A stretch of 64,000 nucleotides of DNA from a virus. Lineage: Duplodnaviria > Caudoviricetes. The stretch covers positions 1,259 to 65,258 of the IMG/VR virus record IMGVR_UViG_3300034012_000625; one strand, written 5' to 3'. Positions 55,276-63,935 of this stretch are shown here, one piece after another. Numbering within the stretch: position 1 is the first letter of the stretch; each line of letters opens with the position of its first letter. Below the pieces are notes generated by a model, which was given only the letters and a program-made list of their open reading frames with translations, was not told the DNA's origin and ran no database searches. Position numbers and translations under genes: made by a program.

Positions 55276-55791
55276 TTATGAGTGGTTAGCGTAAGCACCG
55301 TGATATTTTTCACGCGCTTCTATCGCAACAAGTTCTGCAAGTTCAAGATCATCAAAGTAGCCAATGTTCTTACGCTTTTTGTTTATATCAACGTAAACAA
55401 ACCACTTTTCAGCCCTTTTGTTCCAAGATACTCCTTTGGCTTTGGAGGTGCTGTTTGCAAATAATTTTCTGTTGCTTGCATTCTGAGCGGCAGTCGCTGG
55501 CCGCAAGTTTTCAATGCGGTTGTCCAATGTGTCTCGATTGATGTGATCAAGCTGATCAGGCACATGTCCATGATGCCATAGGAATATCAACTTATGAATG
55601 CACCAATGTTGACCATTAATCTTGGTTGTGACATATCTGGCATCTCTTGATCCAAGATTCTTCGCGGCATAATTGCCAACCTTTGATCCCGCCTTGTTGG
55701 ATCGTCCGGCGCCGGAAACCTTGCGTATCAAGTACCCATCACTGTGGTACTCGAAAAGATCCCGCGCCATCTCTTGAGTCAATGTTGTCAT
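55276..55791 (-). CDS. HNH-AP2 homing endonuclease
   Basis: 'LDHINRDTLDNRIENLR', AP2 domain 'KGVSW...W...GYF...A'. Confidence 0.9.
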   Translation of the reverse strand: MTTLTQEMARDLFEYHSDGYLIRKVSGAGRSNKAGSKVGNYAAKNLGSRDARYVTTKINGQHWCIHKLIFLWHHGHVPDQLDHINRDTLDNRIENLRPATAAQNASNRKLFANSTSKAKGVSWNKRAEKWFVYVDINKKRKNIGYFDDLELAELVAIEAREKYHGAYANHS

Positions 55792-55792
55792 T

Positions 55793-56461
55793 TTAGAATC
55801 CGAAGATCATCGCCATCGCGATGCTTTTACCTGTAGTAATGCCAGACGCTGCCGGAGCCTGACTAACCCAAGTTGTGCCGTTACTTGTCAGCACGTTGTT
55901 GGCTGTGCCGGGTGCAACAAGGTTCACCGCCGTAGTGCCGTTACCAAGAACCACGTTGTTTGCTGTCAGCGTTGCCCTGCCTGTGCCGCCGCTCGCTACC
56001 GCCAACGGGTTTGTGATCGTCACGTTCGACGCAGCAAACTCGGTGATGTAGTTCGTTGTCTCTGCCACATTCACGCTGTCGTTGAATATGCCCATAGAGC
56101 GGCCAGCAGGAATCGTGACCGCCGTACCCGTCGGCGAAGCGTTCGAGCCATTCGAGATCACAACCGAGTTCGACAGGTTGTTGACGATGATGTACTGCTT
56201 CTCTATCGCCGGGATAAATAGCGTCTGCTGGTTGGTAATCGTGCCAACCAGATTCAGCTCTAGGTTACGCGCGGCCTGTGTTGCATTCGTGTCTGTCAGC
56301 GCGATGGCCACGTTGGAACTGGCGAACGTGACGTTGGCCGATCCTGTGATTGCCTCTTCTAGCGCTGTACCGAGGTTGACGTTGGTTGTCGCACCCCACG
56401 TACCCGCCTGATCGCCCGTGCCGATCAACTCGATCTTTAGCTGGGAATATGTACTAGCCAT
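55793..56461 (-). CDS. Tail fibre/baseplate-proximal protein
   Basis: MASTYS...GTWG.TTN.N, 'VASGGTG', ends 'AMAMIFG'. Confidence 0.65.
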   Translation of the reverse strand: MASTYSQLKIELIGTGDQAGTWGATTNVNLGTALEEAITGSANVTFASSNVAIALTDTNATQAARNLELNLVGTITNQQTLFIPAIEKQYIIVNNLSNSVVISNGSNASPTGTAVTIPAGRSMGIFNDSVNVAETTNYITEFAASNVTITNPLAVASGGTGRATLTANNVVLGNGTTAVNLVAPGTANNVLTSNGTTWVSQAPAASGITTGKSIAMAMIFGF

Positions 56462-56470
56462 GATCTTTCC

Positions 56471-57433
56471 TTAAACTGTATTGATGACCGTCCAGGTTGC
56501 CGCGTTGCCCGTGACTATTGGTGTCCATGTGCCACCGCCGCCGGTATTAATTGCCGACCACGTAACATTACCGCCTGTTTCAATAGGCTCCCACAAGAAT
56601 CTGCGGCGGGCAACATCTTGTGCCACAACCGTTTCCAGAATCCTTGCGATGAAGCTTGCACTCGCACTATCACTATCTGACGTTGCCACAGTATCAGACA
56701 CGCTTGCAGCAAAGTTAGCCTGCGCAGATACCGTGATAGAAGCAGCAGCATCCTCGCTGATAGCGAAGGCGATGCTGTTGAACACTTCCAGTATATCTGT
56801 CGCATTTGCACTCTCCGCAACCGCACCTGAAATACCAAACCTGCCTACTATCTGATCCTGCGCCGCTACCGTCTCCGCCGCCACACTTGTGAACGACACC
56901 TGCGACGCTACCGTCTCGTTGCCTGCTACCGACTCACTGACAGTACCAAACCTGTTTTTCCTCGGTATTACTGCATCACTTCCTGCTGCACTCTCAGATA
57001 CCTGAGAGTTCATGTTTGCCAGACTGCTGACTACATCTGCCGTCTGTACTGTTTCCGTTACCCTCGCGCCGACCGATGCCAGCGAGCTGACCGTGTCGTT
57101 GCCCGTTGCAGTCTCGGAGATCGCGCCTGTAACCGACTTGTTGCTAGCAACAGTATCGGCAGCAGCAGCAGACTCGGCAACAGCGCCGGTGACATTAAGG
57201 TTGGCAAAGTAGAAATCAGTAACAACAGCAGACTCGGCAATGTTTGCAACGATCTTGGGCTGTATCTCTGCACTGACTGTATCAGCGCCCTTGACCAACC
57301 CACCATCACCAAGACCCCAGCCATCTGACCCCCAAGCACCGTTACCCCAACCGCCGTTCGATATCAGCCGGTCATATACTGAACAGCCCCAGCCAGCCTG
57401 CCCCCATGTGCCGCTACCAAAGCCGCCATCCAC
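56471..57433 (-). CDS. Virion structural protein with ~20-aa periodic repeats
   Basis: 'GWG' N-terminus; repeated (V/I)xE(S/T)xxxxD units. Confidence 0.55.
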   Translation of the reverse strand: MDGGFGSGTWGQAGWGCSVYDRLISNGGWGNGAWGSDGWGLGDGGLVKGADTVSAEIQPKIVANIAESAVVTDFYFANLNVTGAVAESAAAADTVASNKSVTGAISETATGNDTVSSLASVGARVTETVQTADVVSSLANMNSQVSESAAGSDAVIPRKNRFGTVSESVAGNETVASQVSFTSVAAETVAAQDQIVGRFGISGAVAESANATDILEVFNSIAFAISEDAAASITVSAQANFAASVSDTVATSDSDSASASFIARILETVVAQDVARRRFLWEPIETGGNVTWSAINTGGGGTWTPIVTGNAATWTVINTV

Positions 57434-57436
57434 ACA

Positions 57437-57610
57437 TTACCCCGCGGCCTCAAGCTCACTATCCATAAACCAACGGCTGTGCGCCTGACCATCCTCAGTT
57501 GTCCATTCCATCAGGCACCAGATATTGCCATCATCGTCCATGCGCATCTTGATGATTGGACCCTGTGGGATCACCGCTTTCAGCTTGACTACGTCGCCCT
57601 TCTTAAACAT
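57437..57610 (-). CDS. Small SH3-like protein (57 aa)
   Basis: MFKKGDVVKLK...RWFMDSELE; not in the ORF track. Confidence 0.6.
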   Translation of the reverse strand: MFKKGDVVKLKAVIPQGPIIKMRMDDDGNIWCLMEWTTEDGQAHSRWFMDSELEAAG

Positions 57611-57622
57611 GACTACCCCCTA

Positions 57623-58198
57623 TCAAGTTGCATCTAGGTTGAACGAGTACGTCACGTTCAGAACATCACCGCTCACAACAGTACGGTCGCCCGGCGCTTG
57701 GAAGTCGGCCGCCGAGAACAACAAGCCAGATGTACCAGAAGTTACATTACACAAGAACGCGCCAGAGATCGTGGCATTCGCTGTCATTGTGAACGTAGCC
57801 AAAGAGGCCGAGTTGTTGATGTTCGACGGATCTGCCAGCGTGGCGTTACCAAACGTCACCTGCGGACGGGTGCCGCTGTAGCTGGAGTTCTCATCCCAGC
57901 CTGCATGGGTGTCTAACGTGTCTCCACCAGAGAACGTGGTCGATGCCGATGTGTTGTTGATCAAGCCGATGTACCAAGCAGCCGTGTAGGTGGCGCCCTT
58001 GAAGTACTTGGTGTTCATGTCCTGCAAGCCGGTGTTGACCACCAGGTTTGACCCCATGTCTACCCACTTCTGCTTGCCGTCTTTGTCGTAGCAAGTCACG
58101 GTGAACACACCGCCGCCCGACGCGCCTTCAGCAAAACCTGTCTTGCGCTCTACACCGCCGCTGACAGTCTCGCTGGATTTTGATTTTTCAATCGTCAT
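57623..58198 (-). CDS. Virion structural protein
   Basis: 'NLVVNTG', 'WYIGL', ends 'GDVLNVTY'. Confidence 0.6.
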   Translation of the reverse strand: MTIEKSKSSETVSGGVERKTGFAEGASGGGVFTVTCYDKDGKQKWVDMGSNLVVNTGLQDMNTKYFKGATYTAAWYIGLINNTSASTTFSGGDTLDTHAGWDENSSYSGTRPQVTFGNATLADPSNINNSASLATFTMTANATISGAFLCNVTSGTSGLLFSAADFQAPGDRTVVSGDVLNVTYSFNLDAT

Positions 58199-58207
58199 GA
58201 TGACTCC

Positions 58208-58633
58208 TCAGTTGATACGTATTAACGCACTGGACGGCGTATTCGGTGGCAGCGTCACAGTAAATGTGCCATTCGCAGCCTGCGTCTTGTCGCTTCCAAA
58301 GTCCAATGTAGCTACCGACGCATTCGCCCGCGTGAAGTTGTAAATCAATGCACCTCTCGCAATGAACTGGGCGTTCGTCCAAACCACATTGGAAAAACTT
58401 ACATACACAATACCGTTGCTTGTAGACTCAATCGAGACGTTTGACAAGCCCTCGCCGCCAGCCGTGTAACCCGGCCCCGTTACTTCATTCGTACTTGAGT
58501 ACTCTGTGGTGCTGTCGCCCAGCTGCACGTAGCCGTCATACAGCGCCATCTTCAAAGAGTCTGACGCGATGTTCTGCCGGCCATTCAGGATGTCCACCTT
58601 GAACGATGTAGTCAAACCCTGATAAATCGTCAT
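58208..58633 (-). CDS. Virion structural protein
   Basis: 'SFK...KMALY...GYTAGG...ARGALIYN...LDFGSDK'. Confidence 0.65.
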   Translation of the reverse strand: MTIYQGLTTSFKVDILNGRQNIASDSLKMALYDGYVQLGDSTTEYSSTNEVTGPGYTAGGEGLSNVSIESTSNGIVYVSFSNVVWTNAQFIARGALIYNFTRANASVATLDFGSDKTQAANGTFTVTLPPNTPSSALIRIN

Positions 58634-59313
58634 GTGATTTTCACCCTAACCTGACCACTGCGGTACGCATCCTGACGCTCCATACCATCACCCAGACGTT
58701 TCAGCTCGCCCATAGCCTCGTTGTACTTGGCCTCGACGTTGGCAATCAAATCCTGCTCACCCTTCATGAACAAGTACGCCTCGCGCAGAGAGCCATACAG
58801 CAGAGCCGGATCGTAGTTGTCACCCAGCCACGTACGGCCATCTGGCGCTGTCGTGATCGACTCTGGGTAGTAGTAATAGTGCAGCTCCAGCGTGTAGGCG
58901 TCATCCGGCGTAGGGCCAAAGATGAAACTTAGTTCGTCCGTCGTGGTGTTGCTCGTTACCTGTGGGCCGAAGATCGCGTAGTACTGCGGCAAGCCTGTGT
59001 CTGCCGGCGTGGGATACGCAGCACGGATGTAGTTCACATCCTTGTTCAGCAGGTAGTGGTACTCCTCGTTTGCCGTGCCGTAGTTCTCGATCACAGCCAT
59101 GGAGTACACCGCCAAGAAGTCTGTCGGCGTGGTTAGATACTTGTTACCGGTCAGCAGCGTACCTGTCGAGTTGCGGCGAATAGGCGGCAGCTGCACCGCA
59201 TTATAAATGCGGGTCTCCGTCTGACGGACAAACAGCGGGATGTTATCTACGAACGTCTGTTCGTAGTTCTCCGTGTAGTCCTGTATCGCCGTGACTAACT
59301 CGGTGTACGTCAT
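58630..59313 (-). CDS. Head-tail adaptor
   Basis: MTYTEL...IQDY, 'G.P.YYA', 'PTPD', 'LLYGSL.EA'. Confidence 0.7.
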   Translation of the reverse strand: MTYTELVTAIQDYTENYEQTFVDNIPLFVRQTETRIYNAVQLPPIRRNSTGTLLTGNKYLTTPTDFLAVYSMAVIENYGTANEEYHYLLNKDVNYIRAAYPTPADTGLPQYYAIFGPQVTSNTTTDELSFIFGPTPDDAYTLELHYYYYPESITTAPDGRTWLGDNYDPALLYGSLREAYLFMKGEQDLIANVEAKYNEAMGELKRLGDGMERQDAYRSGQVRVKIT

Positions 59314-59585
59314 GCCATCGGACCTCTGGCCATCACGCCCTTGGTAGCCGCACCAGTGCCACGGATCTTGATGCCGGTAGTCTTAGTGTCCTCACGGCCA
59401 GGATCGCCCGCAGAGACACGCTGCACAGCCGTTCTTGGCCCCAGCTTGTCCACCGCGATATTGTTCGGGTCAGCCATCTTCTTCAACTTGGCAGACACAG
59501 CCTTGCCAGTCATCGTGTGTGGCGGCGCATAAACAGAAGCTGGACCCACTTCCTTGCCACCTTTTTTCATCGAGTACTTGGCCAT
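59310..59585 (-). CDS. Small basic virion protein
   Basis: MKKGG; 'RGTGAATKG'. Confidence 0.6.
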   Translation of the reverse strand: MAKYSMKKGGKEVGPASVYAPPHTMTGKAVSAKLKKMADPNNIAVDKLGPRTAVQRVSAGDPGREDTKTTGIKIRGTGAATKGVMARGPMA

Positions 59586-59592
59586 CTCAACC

Positions 59593-59742
59593 TCACTTGG
59601 TTTTCTGGTTATGAATACGCGCCTCGTTACGCCCGTATTTTTTCAGATCAGACGTGGTCACGCCACCCTTTTTCATGCCTTTGTGCATACGCTTCTCGTG
59701 CGCTTTCACCTCGGCCTTGGCTACCTTCTTCATATTGTCCAT
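59593..59742 (-). CDS. Small basic protein (49 aa)
   Basis: MDNMKKVAKAEVKAHEKRMHKGMKKGGVT...GRN; AGGAG RBS; not in the ORF track. Confidence 0.6.
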   Translation of the reverse strand: MDNMKKVAKAEVKAHEKRMHKGMKKGGVTTSDLKKYGRNEARIHNQKTK

Positions 59743-59751
59743 CTCTCACTC

Positions 59752-60174
59752 CTAGTTGATAGTCACATTTGCGACCGTAGTCTGTGCTGCCAAATTGTTG
59801 GGCGTTAATCCATCATCATTTGCCCTAGCCCCGCCTATCGGCGACCAACCCCACTGAATAATCCGACTACCACCGCCCGGAAAGCCATCCTGCGACTCGC
59901 TTGTGCCAGAGTTGTATGCCGTCTGCAACCCAGTCATCCCTGACTGCCAGTACGACAGATCTGGCCTTGGCTCGCGCACAGCCTGCGGATCATTCACGGG
60001 ATACATCCCAAGACTGAGCTGCGGCTGGTCAGGCTCCCAACACGTCGGACACACCTTGATCTTGACGTTCTTCGTCTTGATCGTCAGCGTCTTCAATATT
60101 TTCAGCGGAAACCGGAAAGCACACCGATCACACTCCGCAATACTATTCTTGCCACTTGCGTACTTACTTGGCAT
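59752..60174 (-). CDS. Zn-finger virion-module protein
   Basis: CDRC...CPTCWEPDQPQL...DPQA.R.PRPD. Confidence 0.65.
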   Translation of the reverse strand: MPSKYASGKNSIAECDRCAFRFPLKILKTLTIKTKNVKIKVCPTCWEPDQPQLSLGMYPVNDPQAVREPRPDLSYWQSGMTGLQTAYNSGTSESQDGFPGGGSRIIQWGWSPIGGARANDDGLTPNNLAAQTTVANVTIN

Positions 60175-60177
60175 ACA

Positions 60178-60918
60178 TCACCTGTAAGTAATCATGCGCG
60201 GCACCAAACGATCTGGAGCCTTCTCCCGATCTTCGCCTGCCGCCATTTCCCACGCCTCGTCATACTGGGCCTTCAAAAACTGTATCCGCTCCATGCCGCC
60301 CGGTAGCTTCATCGCCAGTCGATATGCCAGCCCGCAGATCAAGCACTCCTGAAAGCGGAATGGGATGTCTTCTACATTCACACCGTTGCCTACATCTACC
60401 ATCCTACGCAGCCGCCAGTACACGAAGTAGTAGTACGGTGTCTGTGCCGTACCTTGATCTGGGCTTGGCCACACGTTGATCTGTGGATACTGCGGCGTAG
60501 CTCCCGGCGTGTCCGTTGTCTGCCCGCTGCGGCGGTTTATCCAGACTTGGATCGGGCGCCCTTGCGTGAGCTTGTTCGGGATTGTGGCGTAGGTGGAAAC
60601 AGAGATTCGGTTGATGTTGATGTCGGACTGAGTCCCGATCTGCCCAGGATTGGTTCGAATAACATGTTCCAGAAGATCCACGGTGTCATTAGGTAAATCA
60701 TAGGTAATCTGCCCCTGTACGAGCGGGATCGTTCCCGATTCGATAGTCCACAAATTGATGCCGCGATTAGCCCACTCCGTCAGCAGCAAGTTCAGGCTAC
60801 GCCGCGCTGTGCGGAAATCGTAGCCTGTGCGCATCTCCAACCCACAGCGTTCGAACGCTTCCTCGAAGATCTCATTGACCGTCGGGTTAAAGTTGGTAGT
60901 GGAAGTGGTGTAGGCCAT
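60178..60918 (-). CDS. Head completion/adaptor-like protein
   Basis: 'EEAFERCG...ARRSLN...WANRG.NLW', 'WPSPD'. Confidence 0.65.
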   Translation of the reverse strand: MAYTTSTTNFNPTVNEIFEEAFERCGLEMRTGYDFRTARRSLNLLLTEWANRGINLWTIESGTIPLVQGQITYDLPNDTVDLLEHVIRTNPGQIGTQSDININRISVSTYATIPNKLTQGRPIQVWINRRSGQTTDTPGATPQYPQINVWPSPDQGTAQTPYYYFVYWRLRRMVDVGNGVNVEDIPFRFQECLICGLAYRLAMKLPGGMERIQFLKAQYDEAWEMAAGEDREKAPDRLVPRMITYR

Positions 60919-61172
60919 TACTTCCTCGCCATACGCATATTGTCAATTAAGTTAGGGTACGGTCTACCAGCAGCCTTCGCCGCAGCCTTGGCAGCAGACT
61001 TCTTCGCAGGACTCAGCTTCTTAGGCTTGCCAAGCTTCTCAGGACGTGGCTTGTCCCAGACCTCACCGCCCTTCTTGTACTGCTTGAAGTCGGTGTTGTC
61101 ACGGCGACGTTTAGTCCTGGCCTTGGGCATCTTGCCGGGAGCAATATCTCCCATCCCGCGTGAAGGCATCAT
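60918..61172 (-). CDS. Small basic protein
   Basis: YKKGG; 'AGRPYPNLIDNM'. Confidence 0.6.
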   Translation of the reverse strand: MMPSRGMGDIAPGKMPKARTKRRRDNTDFKQYKKGGEVWDKPRPEKLGKPKKLSPAKKSAAKAAAKAAGRPYPNLIDNMRMARK

Positions 61173-61184
61173 GTCCGTCTCCTA

Positions 61185-61775
61185 TTAGCAGTAGCCGCCC
61201 TTGCGCATCTTGGTCATGCCACCCTTGGCCATCTTGACCTGCTCTGCTTTGGTCTTGCCTTTCTTGGCAATACCATCAGCCGACTTGTGACCAGCAGCCA
61301 GACCACCAGCAGCCATCTTCTTGACCTTGCCGCCGTGCTTCATGCCAGCCTCTGCCATCTCATGCTTGACCATAGACTTAGGAGCGCCCTTCTTCTTCAT
61401 GAACGCAACCTCTTCTTTGACCTTCTTCATCGACTCTTTCATCTCGCCTCCTTTGGCTTTCTTGGAAAGGCCAGCTTCGGATAGACCGATGGCGATGGCC
61501 TGCTTGGGATTCGTTACCTTCTGCCCCGACGAACTCTTCAGCTTGCCGGACTTGAACTCAGACATCACCTTGCCTACCTTCGCCTGGCCACCTTTGGCAA
61601 AGCGCTGGGTCATCTGATCGTTTGGACCAGACATGGCTTGTGGCTGCATGTTGAACGTCTGATTCATGCCGCCGCTCTGACCACCGGCCATAGGCTGATT
61701 ACCGTAGAACGGATATGTAGGCTGCTGGGGTTGTCCCGTCACGCCGCCGTCCGCAAACTTTCTGCGCTTTCTCAT
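61185..61775 (-). CDS. Basic protein with multiple xxGG motifs
   Basis: FADGG, FAKGG, AKGG, MKHGG, MAAGG, MAKGG, MRKGG; 'KVMSEFKSGKLKSSSG...QAIAIGLSEAG'. Confidence 0.65.
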   Translation of the reverse strand: MRKRRKFADGGVTGQPQQPTYPFYGNQPMAGGQSGGMNQTFNMQPQAMSGPNDQMTQRFAKGGQAKVGKVMSEFKSGKLKSSSGQKVTNPKQAIAIGLSEAGLSKKAKGGEMKESMKKVKEEVAFMKKKGAPKSMVKHEMAEAGMKHGGKVKKMAAGGLAAGHKSADGIAKKGKTKAEQVKMAKGGMTKMRKGGYC

Positions 61776-62041
61776 ACCATTTTCCCTTTGGTTTTGCCGC
61801 GAACAGCGCAGCCATCAGCACGGGCAGATGCAGACGATACCGAACCGCCTTTGGCCTTCTTCACTGGCGCAGGCGGTGTTTCTCCCGTCACAGTCTTTGT
61901 GGCCTCGGCGTAGCCTTTTTCGGTTAACGCATCCATCTTTTTGTACAGCACATCAAGTTCAGGAACTGACTCGCCCTTCTCGCGGCGAGCCTCAAGCTCA
62001 CGGATGCGCGTCTGCATTTTTGCCATGTCAGACATCAGCAC
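61772..62041 (-). CDS. Small protein with an AKGG...RADG..RGKTKG tail
   Basis: 89 aa. Confidence 0.6.
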   Translation of the reverse strand: MLMSDMAKMQTRIRELEARREKGESVPELDVLYKKMDALTEKGYAEATKTVTGETPPAPVKKAKGGSVSSASARADGCAVRGKTKGKMV

Positions 62042-62685
62042 ATTCTCCCTTTGGTCTTGCCACGCTGGGCGATACCGTCCGCGCGCGAGGATGCAGAACT
62101 AACCTTGCCGCCAGACTTCATGCCCATCTTTGACCGAGCATACGGAGTGGATTCTGCGTAACGCTTGGAGGCGTGCTCAGAAGAGAAGGTGCCAGCAAGA
62201 GCCTTAAGACGCTCGCTTTTGCCGTACGGAGAATCTTCTTTCTTCAAGCCTTCTAGGCGACGCTTGTTCAAGCTATCAGAATCAATATTGCCAAACATTC
62301 CAGAAAGCTCTTTTTTCTTGGCCTTTGGCTTTGCCTTCGGCTTTGCCTTGACCTCTTCCTTGACGGTCTCGGTCACGCTGTCTTCTTTAGGGCTGCTGCG
62401 AATGTAGTCTGTAATCTTGCGTGACTCAGACACACCTTCGTCTGCATCACCGATATCTGGCATCTTGAACGAGCTGCGCGGCATGTAGTCGCTAGTCATG
62501 CTCGACTCTGTGCGTGGTCTACGTCCGCTATAGTCGCTGCTCTCTGTCATAGAGGCAGATGCCTGCTCGTCATACTCTCTGTCTGGGGAGCCGGTGCGAA
62601 CAACTTCACCAGAGCCTGACCGTACAGGGTTGCCGAAACGATCACGCAGGACGCCGCCAGTTTGATAACGCTTTGCCTTCTTCAT
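62035..62685 (-). CDS. Disordered protein with a KSGG...RADG..RGKTKG tail
   Basis: 216 aa. Confidence 0.6.
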   Translation of the reverse strand: MKKAKRYQTGGVLRDRFGNPVRSGSGEVVRTGSPDREYDEQASASMTESSDYSGRRPRTESSMTSDYMPRSSFKMPDIGDADEGVSESRKITDYIRSSPKEDSVTETVKEEVKAKPKAKPKAKKKELSGMFGNIDSDSLNKRRLEGLKKEDSPYGKSERLKALAGTFSSEHASKRYAESTPYARSKMGMKSGGKVSSASSRADGIAQRGKTKGRMC

Positions 62686-62945
62686 AACACTCTCCTTTGT
62701 GACTCAATCAGCTGGTCTATCTTGGTCTCCAGCCGGTTGAATCGCTGATCTATATGGTCCGTGATGCGGTCGACTTCCGCCTTGGTTACGTTGTCTCGTG
62801 CTATCTCCTCACGCGTCTTGTTCAACAAGATGGTGATCCGCGCTAGCTCCGAGAACTTCTCGTGGGCAACGTAAGCAAACAAGCCCACAAACAGCGTCAG
62901 AGCGCCGTTCCAGACAAATGCAAGATCCACGGTCAACACTTCCAC
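62682..62945 (-). CDS. TM plus coiled-coil protein
   Basis: 'LLNKTREEIA...RLETKID'. Confidence 0.6.
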   Translation of the reverse strand: MEVLTVDLAFVWNGALTLFVGLFAYVAHEKFSELARITILLNKTREEIARDNVTKAEVDRITDHIDQRFNRLETKIDQLIESQRRVL

Positions 62946-63187
62946 TTTCGTAAAGATTTGTTGATACGACTGTTCGGGTCATTCGCAGTCTTCTCAGAAG
63001 TCAGCTTCTTTTTCATCCCGGACATCCGGGCGCAGAATGACTTCTTGCGAGAACCGCCCTCTGGCTGCGGTGCTTTCAGACCAGGCTTGCCCGGATTGGC
63101 TTTGTTGTAGGAGGCACGACCTTTGGCGTTCAAGCCGCCTTCAGGGTTCTTGCCTTCCTTACGCTGCCAAGCCGGGGTCTTAGCCAT
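62933..63187 (-). CDS. Small basic conserved protein
   Basis: 'GGLNAKGR...LKAP...RKKSFCARM...SRINKSLRKWKC'. Confidence 0.65.
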   Translation of the reverse strand: MAKTPAWQRKEGKNPEGGLNAKGRASYNKANPGKPGLKAPQPEGGSRKKSFCARMSGMKKKLTSEKTANDPNSRINKSLRKWKC

Positions 63188-63449
63188 AGAACACCGTCAC
63201 AGAAGTGTTGACCAACGTCACTGTTACGTTTGTGTAAAAGAGGATGCCGTCCGCAGGAATCAGGCAGTTAAAAGCCTCGCCATTTGCAACCGTCTGCACA
63301 GTGAACACGTTCGTGCCACCGTCAACAATCGTCACATTACCAGCGCTCGATGTCGGGGCAATGATCATGCCCTTCACACGAGTTCGGCCTTCAAAGATTA
63401 CACCCGACGATCCACGACTCTGCGCTTTTACGTCTGTTTGTTGAGCCAT
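63180..63449 (-). CDS. Small beta-rich virion protein
   Basis: 'IPADGILF...TVFYG'. Confidence 0.6.
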   Translation of the reverse strand: MAQQTDVKAQSRGSSGVIFEGRTRVKGMIIAPTSSAGNVTIVDGGTNVFTVQTVANGEAFNCLIPADGILFYTNVTVTLVNTSVTVFYG

Positions 63450-63461
63450 TCTGGCCCCCTA

Positions 63462-63935
63462 TTAGTTGTTCTGCTGACCGAACAGAGGGTCATTTACGTA
63501 GTACGTAATGTAGCCAGCGACGTCGCCAACAGCCGAGCTTGCGCTTTCACTTGTAACGGTGAAGTTTTGGGTTGGGCTGCCTGCTGTCCCGATGCCAGCA
63601 CCTGCGCCGGTAGCGCCTGGGGTGACAGTCTTTGCAGAGGTAGCAGCCAACGCCGAAACGTAGAACGCAGCGTTCGAAGTTGCACCATCAATAGTGGTGT
63701 AGCCGACATTCATCGTGCCTGAAGTCAGACCGTTTGTGATGATCACAGACGTGACAACAGCGTTTGCAGGAAGAATAAGGGGAGTGGTAGTGCCAGAAGC
63801 AACGACAACGTTGCCAGCAACAGCCGCGTTAGCAACATAGAAAGTTGCTGCCATGACGCCGGTGCCGCAATAAGCTTGGCGGGTGTTATCACCGCCGCCC
63901 GAACGCCAAATGCTTTGGGTAGTAGATACAGCCAT
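63462..63935 (-). CDS. Capsid decoration-like protein
   Basis: 'LPANAVV'; expected to be the first gene downstream of MCP once the genome is circularised. Confidence 0.55.
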   Translation of the reverse strand: MAVSTTQSIWRSGGGDNTRQAYCGTGVMAATFYVANAAVAGNVVVASGTTTPLILPANAVVTSVIITNGLTSGTMNVGYTTIDGATSNAAFYVSALAATSAKTVTPGATGAGAGIGTAGSPTQNFTVTSESASSAVGDVAGYITYYVNDPLFGQQNN

